Source: Lytechinus pictus (Eukaryota). From it: a stretch of 64,000 bases of DNA. The translations under genes were made by a program, and so were the position numbers. The stretch lies in NCBI RefSeq assembly GCF_037042905.1, contig NC_087245.1, positions 28,522,001-28,586,000 of the forward strand. The letters are read 5' to 3'. A model generated the notes under the pieces. It was not told the origin of the DNA. It made no database searches and saw only the letters and a list, made by a program, of their open reading frames with translations. Of this stretch, positions 56,831 to 64,000 are shown in pieces (within the stretch, counting starts at the first letter, position 1; every line of letters begins with the position of its first letter).

Positions 56831-58252
56831 AGGACAAGTCCATCCCAACAAAGAGTTGATTTGAATAAAAAGAGAAAAATCCAATGAGCATAACACTGAA
56901 AATTTCATCAAAATCGGATCTAAAATAAGAAAGTTATGGCATTTTTAAGTTCACATAATAACTTTATATCATGGACCTATTACGAATGGACATTCAACGA
57001 GAGCATTTTATGACCACCACCCGTTTCCAGCTGTCAAAATTGCTGTCTAACCCTTAACTTTCTCTTTACGCAGTTTTTACGACGACCACCCGGGGCGATT
57101 GTTTACACAAGCTCCTTTCGGCCGATGATCGTCACCGATTGATCACTGGCCCTCTTTCGACCAAAGACGGTCATGTTGTAGCCCCGATTGCCAATAGGGA
57201 AAGTCCCTTCATTACCTAGAATGCAATGCGCAATTCATATCCGTTTTTTCAGTACATTATTTTAGGCTGTCTATAATGTGCGATTGTCGTCTGTCCATAA
57301 AAAAAAATCCCGTTAAATTTCATCAATCCTGTGGAATTTTATGCCCAAATGAAAATCAACTTCTGACCGAAGGTAAGCGCTACTATCGACATCAATACTG
57401 TCCGAAAAAGATGAAATTTTAACGTTTTTCCGCAGATTTTTTCGTCGAATTTCAACTGCTTTTTTGCCGTAGATATACGGATCTGCAAGGCGATGTCAAT
57501 GCATTTCATTTCCGGTTGTTAGCGATGTACGTAAAAAATACGTTTATGCACGCCTGTTTTCTTGTTTCTGCTATCATTTTCATAGCGCTAACGTTCGCTG
57601 CTGTGCGTTGCTTTTGATAAAGTGAACGAACAACATCGCAATGGGTAGGAGCAGCGTACAATTGATTTCCGCTGTCCATCAGTGAGAGCGAGTTTTACGA
57701 CCGGCTTGATGGGTGTCAGCTGCCAGCGCTCTGTTTATAAAAGGATTAGCGGCGACGGTCTTTGGGTCAAAGGAGGGGATTCGTTGAATGTCCATTCGTA
57801 ATAGGTCCATGGTTATATGCACATCCCGGTCAGTATGCAAATGAGGGAACTGATGACATCACTCACTCACTTTTTCTTTTGTATTTTATTAAATGAAATA
57901 TTCTAATTATCTCCTCATTGTCCTGTGAAACAAAGTTTTATTTCTCCCTGAACATGTGGAATTACCATTGTTTAACATTATATGGTTTAGTCAAGTTGGT
58001 CTTTGTTGTCAAATCTGTAAAAATTGTATAATTCAAACAATAAAAAACAAAAGAAATAGTAAGGGACTTCATTGATTCTTGATTTCCATGTGACTAAATT
58101 GTGCATATAACTATTTTGTGAAAAATAGCGAAACTTTAAAATGTCATAACTTTCTTATTTTACATCCGATTTCGATGAAATTTTCAGCATTATGCCTGTC
58201 TGGTTTTTCTCTGTTGATTCAAATCAACACTTTTCATAGGTGGACTTGACCT
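56831..58252. mobile_element. long-TIR MITE (TTAA TSD) with a nested element
   Basis: TTAA-AGGACAAGTCCATCCC...GGTGGACTTGACCT-TTAA. Confidence 0.8.
56970..57811. mobile_element. nested DNA transposon with 31-bp perfect TIRs and a probable THAP remnant (P-like or ISL2EU-like)
   Basis: CATGGACCTATTACGAATGGACATTCAACGA / TCGTTGAATGTCCATTCGTAATAGGTCCATG; flanks TTTATAT and GTTATAT. Confidence 0.8.
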
Positions 58253-58327
58253 TTAATAAAGCCATATTTCATTGTCTCCAATATTTTCTTCCTAAATCTC
58301 TTAGACATTTGTCAGATTTGACTTTAT

Positions 58328-58853
58328 CCCGGGGGGGGGGGGGGGGGGCAGTCAAATGTATTGCTGTACACATGCGTGACCAAACTATTTCCAAACACCC
58401 CCTAAACGAGTTTTTTTCTGTGCGCAAACAAATTTTTTGCGGGCTTCATTTACACATTTTGGCCCCTAAACAAGTTGTCGCCAGAATATGACCCCTAGAC
58501 AAGTTTTGTCTACTTGCTAACAATAAGCTTAAATAGACAAAACTATATTCATGCTGGGTATGCCCCCCCCCCCCCCCCCCATCGGGTAGAACCTGAACAC
58601 TTTTCAGAAAGGAGGAAAAAGCCCCAGGGAAAAAGCTTGGAAAAAAAACATACCCTAAATATGTTTGACCCCGCGATTGACCATTGACCAGTCTTTCAAA
58701 ACCACCCTTTTTTTCGAAAATCGGTATTTTTGATACCCTTGACGCGTGCAAGCGCGGCCCGCGTCCAAAACTGAAAAAAGATCCCTTTAAACGCGTTTTT
58801 TTTGGGTCACGCATGTGTACATCAATATATTTGACTGGCCCCCCCCCCCCCGG
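58328..58853. mobile_element. MITE with CCGG-poly-G / poly-C-CGG ends
   Basis: TIRs CAGTCAAATGTATTGCTGTACACATGCGTGACC and its near-complement; ACTTTAT duplicated on both flanks. A partial copy lies at ~790-1000 plus 2648-2686. Confidence 0.8.
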
Positions 58854-59567
58854 ACTTTATTAAACCTTTTCCATAATTTTTTTTTTTTAATTCTATTGGA
58901 AGGAAATATATGGAAACTTTGCCAAGGAATGAAGATGACAAGAGAACCAGAGGAAAGGTGGAGAAAAATGAATGGTAATGGAGTGATTTAACTCAGTAGA
59001 CTCTACTCAGAATCTTAATTCTAACCAATCAGAAATTTGTAAGGTACATGTAGATATGCCCAGTTTTATATCTTAGCCAAAGACTTATGTACTTGTAGGT
59101 GTGAAACTCTCACTTTTTTGCCAAACTCTCGCTTTTTCATCAAACTCTCGCTCTTCCCCCAAATCTCTTTTTCACACCTGTATTACAGCCTTTCCTAATT
59201 TATTTATAAATGTAGGAGCCCGGCCCGGGTTCATTCTCACACCAACTCACAGACACTGCTGTCAGTTCCTGGCCCTGCCAGCTGCCCTAACTTTAATAAT
59301 AGGCCTAACTCACTCAACTCAAGGGTTCATTACATGCTGCCGCGCACAACAAATCAAGCCATAGAAGTCGTGTGTTGTGGATGCCAGAAGTGGCGTCGCA
59401 CTCGCAGCACGCCCGACCCACTGGCACTAGTACTAGAAATCCACTGCCAAACGTTTAAACGCGGTTCATTGTGCGAGGTTAGTATAGATCTATTACTAAC
59501 CTCGCACTAGTGTGAGTGGGCCTAACTTATTGATAATCTGTCTTTCTTGATCATGACATGATGTACA

Positions 59568-60097
59568 CTAACCCAGGGAGCTCCGGCCGCGCAGCGGGCC
59601 GGAGCCCAGGAGCTTACCGTGTATTTTACCATACTCACGGGACTAGGGTGATTTATGGTCTAAATATTTCTCCAAATGAATTGTGAAAACAGAAATTATG
59701 CACTTACCACGATTATATGGATGAAGGTCTAACGAGTGGCAGTTTCCTGACATCTGGGCACAAACTGGAACCTCAAAAAACGAAAAGTTCTCTCCTTCTA
59801 CCCCCGTCTCGATCGGCCATTTTTGTGATGAATTGTAACAAAATGGCCGATCGAGACTGGGGTAGAAGGAGAGAACTTTTCGTTTTTTTTAGGTTCCAGT
59901 TTGTGCCCAGATGTCAGGAAACTGCCACTCGTTAGACCTTCATCCATATAATCGTGGTAAGTGCATAATTTCTGTTTTCACAATTCATTTGGAGAAATAT
60001 TTAGACCATAAATCACCCTAGTCCCGTGAGTATGGTAAAATACACGGTAAGCCCCTGGGCTCCCGCCCGCTATGCGGGCGGGAGCTCCCTGGGTTAG
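59568..60097. repeat. near-perfect 530-bp inverted repeat (foldback element)
   Basis: Arms 59568-59826 and 59838-60097 are reverse complements with only a few differences; the spacer is 11 nt. Confidence 0.95.
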
Positions 60098-60100
60098 AAT

Positions 60101-60615
60101 AGATGTATGGTAGGGGGTCCTAAAGCTACGCACCACTCCAATGCGCATGCAATTTCAATTTCAAAATGCGCACTCTGTGTGTGGAGCTAGTGACTGCAGT
60201 GTGACGAACGATTCCTATTCAGTTTTTGTACAGAGGCTGCAATAAATCGCTAAATACAGAGAAAACCAGCAACTGTTTGGAATTTTGGAGTTATATTCAC
60301 TTTGATTTCATATTTTCCTATAAGAATATGAACATTATTTAGAAGTTTAGGGACAGGAAATACTTTTTCTTTGCATGATAAATTGAGTGCGTAGCTTTAG
60401 GACCCCTCTATATCGGGCGGCGAAATCAAGAGGTGTTCGGAAAACACGGCAGGATTTTCGTATTAGTGAGTTTTGTGATATTTTCTTTATGGTTATGAAT
60501 CTTTACAATATTTACACAAATTTGTGAAAGATGATTTGTTAGAATATTAAAACTGGCATAGTTTTTATCGTTTGTAAACAAAATGCGTAGCTTTAGGTCC
60601 CCCCATCATACACCT
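60101..60615. mobile_element. MITE-like element abutting the palindrome
   Basis: Imperfect TIRs AGATGTATGGTAGGGGGTCCTAAAGCTACGCA / TGCGTAGCTTTAGGTCCCCCCATCATACACCT, plus an internal TIR-like copy near 60388-60407. Confidence 0.65.
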
Positions 60616-61108
60616 GCACGTTGGCCGTTGCACTCGCTGTTCTTTTCATCTTTGAAATTGGAAATGGCATCTGACTTGCATTGCCATTATTAGTCATGAA
60701 ACACACAATTACTGAGAAGAAATATTACAAATATGAAAATGGCTGAACGTCCTTCACAGGCAGTAGACCTAACTTTAGATCTAGATCTACATCAACACGA
60801 TATCACGGTCTAGGCCTAATAATATTTCACACAGGCTAACCTCATTACCAGCGCAAGCAATTGTTATTCACGCATATCAAATGGGCTCATCACAATCCTG
60901 TGAGAAATACTATCCAATTGCACAAGAGCTACATCCCCGAAGACCACATTCGGCCTGTTCAAACTTCAAACTCAGTTCAATGCAAACTTATTTGTATTTT
61001 TCTTTCTATCTCTCGAGACTCAGCCGACAGAAAAACCGAAATATCCGAATTCCAACTACCACATTCAACACAAAAGTTCAGATATATGCAATAAAAAAAG
61101 GGACTTAC

Positions 61109-61220
61109 CACTAAAATATGCAGAACGGTGAAAGATTTCGGACAGCTAAAAGGTCTCCGGTAAAGTCAGCTGTTTACTTTTCGAAATATAAATCTGACGA
61201 TGTAAAACACGCATGCGCCA
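61109..61220 (-). promoter_or_regulatory. candidate first (non-coding) exon and promoter of PHTF
   Basis: Minus-strand donor GTAAGT at 61108-61103, CpG-enriched surroundings, and an NRF1/P3A2-like GCGCATGCGT at 61209-61218. Confidence 0.4.
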
Positions 61221-64000
61221 TCCAATTATTAGAAAAGAAGGGGGGGGGGGGGGGGGCGGTAACTTTTCCATTCTAAGAAATTATGAACAAAATGTTTTTT
61301 CCCAACTTTATATGTTGATATTTTTCTTTCAAGAAAGAATTACTTGCCCAAAAGTAGACTTTCCCTAGCTCCAGAGCAAATTTTCCTATATAGGCATATT
61401 TCAATTGTTTTTCTCTGTAAGCTGGCCCCGATTCTGTTGCTATTCAACAATCAATGATGCATTTTGAAATGTGTAAATAATTAAAATAAAATGTCTTTAT
61501 ATTACATTTTTTGTTGTTGCAATATTGCTTGCCCGCCTTTCCCCATGCATATCTGTTTCATAAAATAAATCGTTTGGGGATCGATTTATTGTGAAAAAGA
61601 TATGCATATTATTAGGGCTATTAATGAATTACAATATCTTGAACCTGAAAGTGTGCCATTGTCATGTATATGAGTGTTTGATTTTTTGCTAAGAGTTATT
61701 TTCCTGGGGATTTATTGTGAAAAAGATATGCATAGTATTAGGGCTTTAAATGAATTACAATATCTTGATCCTATATATAAAGTGTGCCATTGTCATGTAC
61801 CGACGGCATAAGCCCTACCATGCACTTAATTATCAAGTGTACCGGCATATGAGTGTTTGATTATAATCCACACAGGACCCCCCCCAAAAAAACCCCAAAC
61901 CAAGTATAACTCTTGGAAGAAATATCATTTTGACCATCTTATCCAATCCCCCCCTCAGACACAAACATATAGAGGAAACAGAGAGAGACGGGGGGGGGGG
62001 GGGAGATAGGGTGGGCCGTGGGGATGGTAGTAAATCTGCAGGTATAGTCTGATCCTTGACAGGTACAAGTATGATATCAAATTCCAACTTTATAGTCTAG
62101 TTCTAGACCATTTTTAAATTGAATTCTTTATTCACCCAGCGTACGCAAAGCCGACTGAAGCAACCCCAAAAACCTGCACTTCGCATTCACAGTCTGTGAA
62201 TAAAGAATTCAATAAAGAGTCAACAATATCTGGAACTCCTAGTCTCGAAACCAAAATTTTTTAACAATCCAGGACTTTGCACATGCTATTTATAATGTAT
62301 CGTACTGCAAGATCTAGTATAAATAAACAATTTTTTTCAAACCAATTATGTAAGAGTCATATAAACATGAACAAATATATAAAAAGGAAAGGAGAGTTGT
62401 TTCAAATTTATTAGAAATCAATAAACATTCTAAAACTATAATTCATAATAGAAAATTGGTACAAAACTATACACATTTGCATTCACTTTCATTCTTTAAT
62501 GAGGTATATCTATTTTCATTTCACATATGCAGTGGGGAATTTTTAAAACCTGTTTAAACTGCCAACCCCCCCCCCCCCATATCTATTAGCTGAACACTGT
62601 ACTTTCAATTTCAAAATAAAACAAAAAACGTGTCCTTGTGATCAGGTCATAAAAATCACCCCCTTGCTTGCAGACATCGATGGACATTTGATAGATTATT
62701 GACCCCTAGAAAACAATTCCTGCAAACAGCCTTGACTGGAAATATAATGTAAATGTACATGTATTTGCATTTATTCTTCTTTAACAGACATTCATGATAT
62801 ATTACTGGTATTGCAGAAGCTATGAATTGGAACAAAAATGTCACTCTGGAATACCGTAACTATTGAAAATTGGTCATTAAATTGTAAATGCAAAGTACTG
62901 AAATATAATGAATTTGGTTTATTAACATCTATCTTAGTTATAAAGTCTGATGATTTGCTTTTTAAGCAAGAATTATCCAGATATATATTTATGACACCAA
63001 TGCAGATCATACGTTGTATACCATTACAACACAAGGATTCCAACAATCTATAAAATAAGACACCAACAATTTTTACTTGAATAGGCATAAGACATTTAAT
63101 CTAAAAATTTTCCTTCAAAATAAAGAGGTCGATAATCAGAGATATCAACCTTTTTTGTACTGTGCCCTGTACATGACAATTAATATATTGCTATTAGCGC
63201 CCCCATGAGGACTTTCTAGGCTATGTTTATCATTTGTTTACAGGAGTGTATATAAACTCCTCAACCTACTTGAAAGACTGCTACATACCTGTATTACACA
63301 AATATAAAGCTTACTTAATCCAAAATTACCACTATAAAGTACTGTAGCTGAAAGCATGATATAAGTATCTAAGCTAATTGTGCTTGGTTTTCTAAATTAC
63401 CACTTATCAAGTGATATTCAACATCTCACCCTCCAAATACTTGCATCATACAATCTGAATGTAATCAAATTTGGGTAAATCTGAATACGGGGAAGTGGTA
63501 ATATTTTGCCAACATTCCATTTGCTCTCATCCCACATGGTCTGATCCTAGTTCGTCTACAAACGTTTGTCTATTAAGTATTTGGTCTGACTGCCACTAAG
63601 CCATTTCTCATTTTGTCTCATTTCCAATTAGGCTATTACAATTTTGTCAAAAACACTTGGTCTAACAATTTTGTCAAAATACACTTAGTCTAACAATTTT
63701 GTCAAAATACACATGGTCTAACACCACTTAATAATCTACATGATAAGATGATTTTTTTAATGAAGTTTTTAACAACTTTCTACTTGACACCAAGTATGAA
63801 AAAGTAGGCAGACAAAGTGGAAATTAAGGTCATCCAGCCATTAAACCAATTGACATGTGACCAAAGTGAGTAATGACAAAATGATGGTTGGACAAAGTGG
63901 CGAATGGACCAAATTTACAGTAGACCAACTGGGTTTAGCCACGATGGTGTAACTTGTAACACAAATTTTCTCCCAAGTCAAATAGGTTTCTGGGGTCCCA

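Noticed and set aside
59717..59935. 72-aa ORF across the palindrome centre
   Set aside because: The mirror arm has a different indel and an early stop, and there is no recognisable homology.
61576..61862. Two ~110-bp direct repeats
   Set aside because: Ordinary local duplication with no functional signal seen.

Overview
AT-rich, intron-rich animal genomic DNA. The repeat landscape suggests an invertebrate deuterostome, probably a sea urchin (inference, not proven). Two complete multi-exon coding sequences lie tail-to-tail. DDX54/Dbp10 DEAD-box helicase is on + (16 coding exons, 3795-19613, ~839 aa by my exon assembly, with an RGG-rich tail). A PHTF1/PHTF2-family membrane protein is on - (18 coding exons, 52334-31852, ~904 aa), with a long 5' leader and a probable first exon near 61.1-61.2 kb. 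One DDX54 intron (16800-18776) has U12 (minor spliceosome) signals, and inside it lies a decayed TatD-family nuclease coding sequence next to a truncated MITE. A decayed piggyBac transposase lies between the genes. Introns hold many MITEs and other non-autonomous DNA transposons (several nested, some with empty-site paralogs in the window), tRNA-derived SINEs, a Helentron/HINE-like element and a near-perfect 530-bp palindrome. All calls were made by eye; no searches were run.
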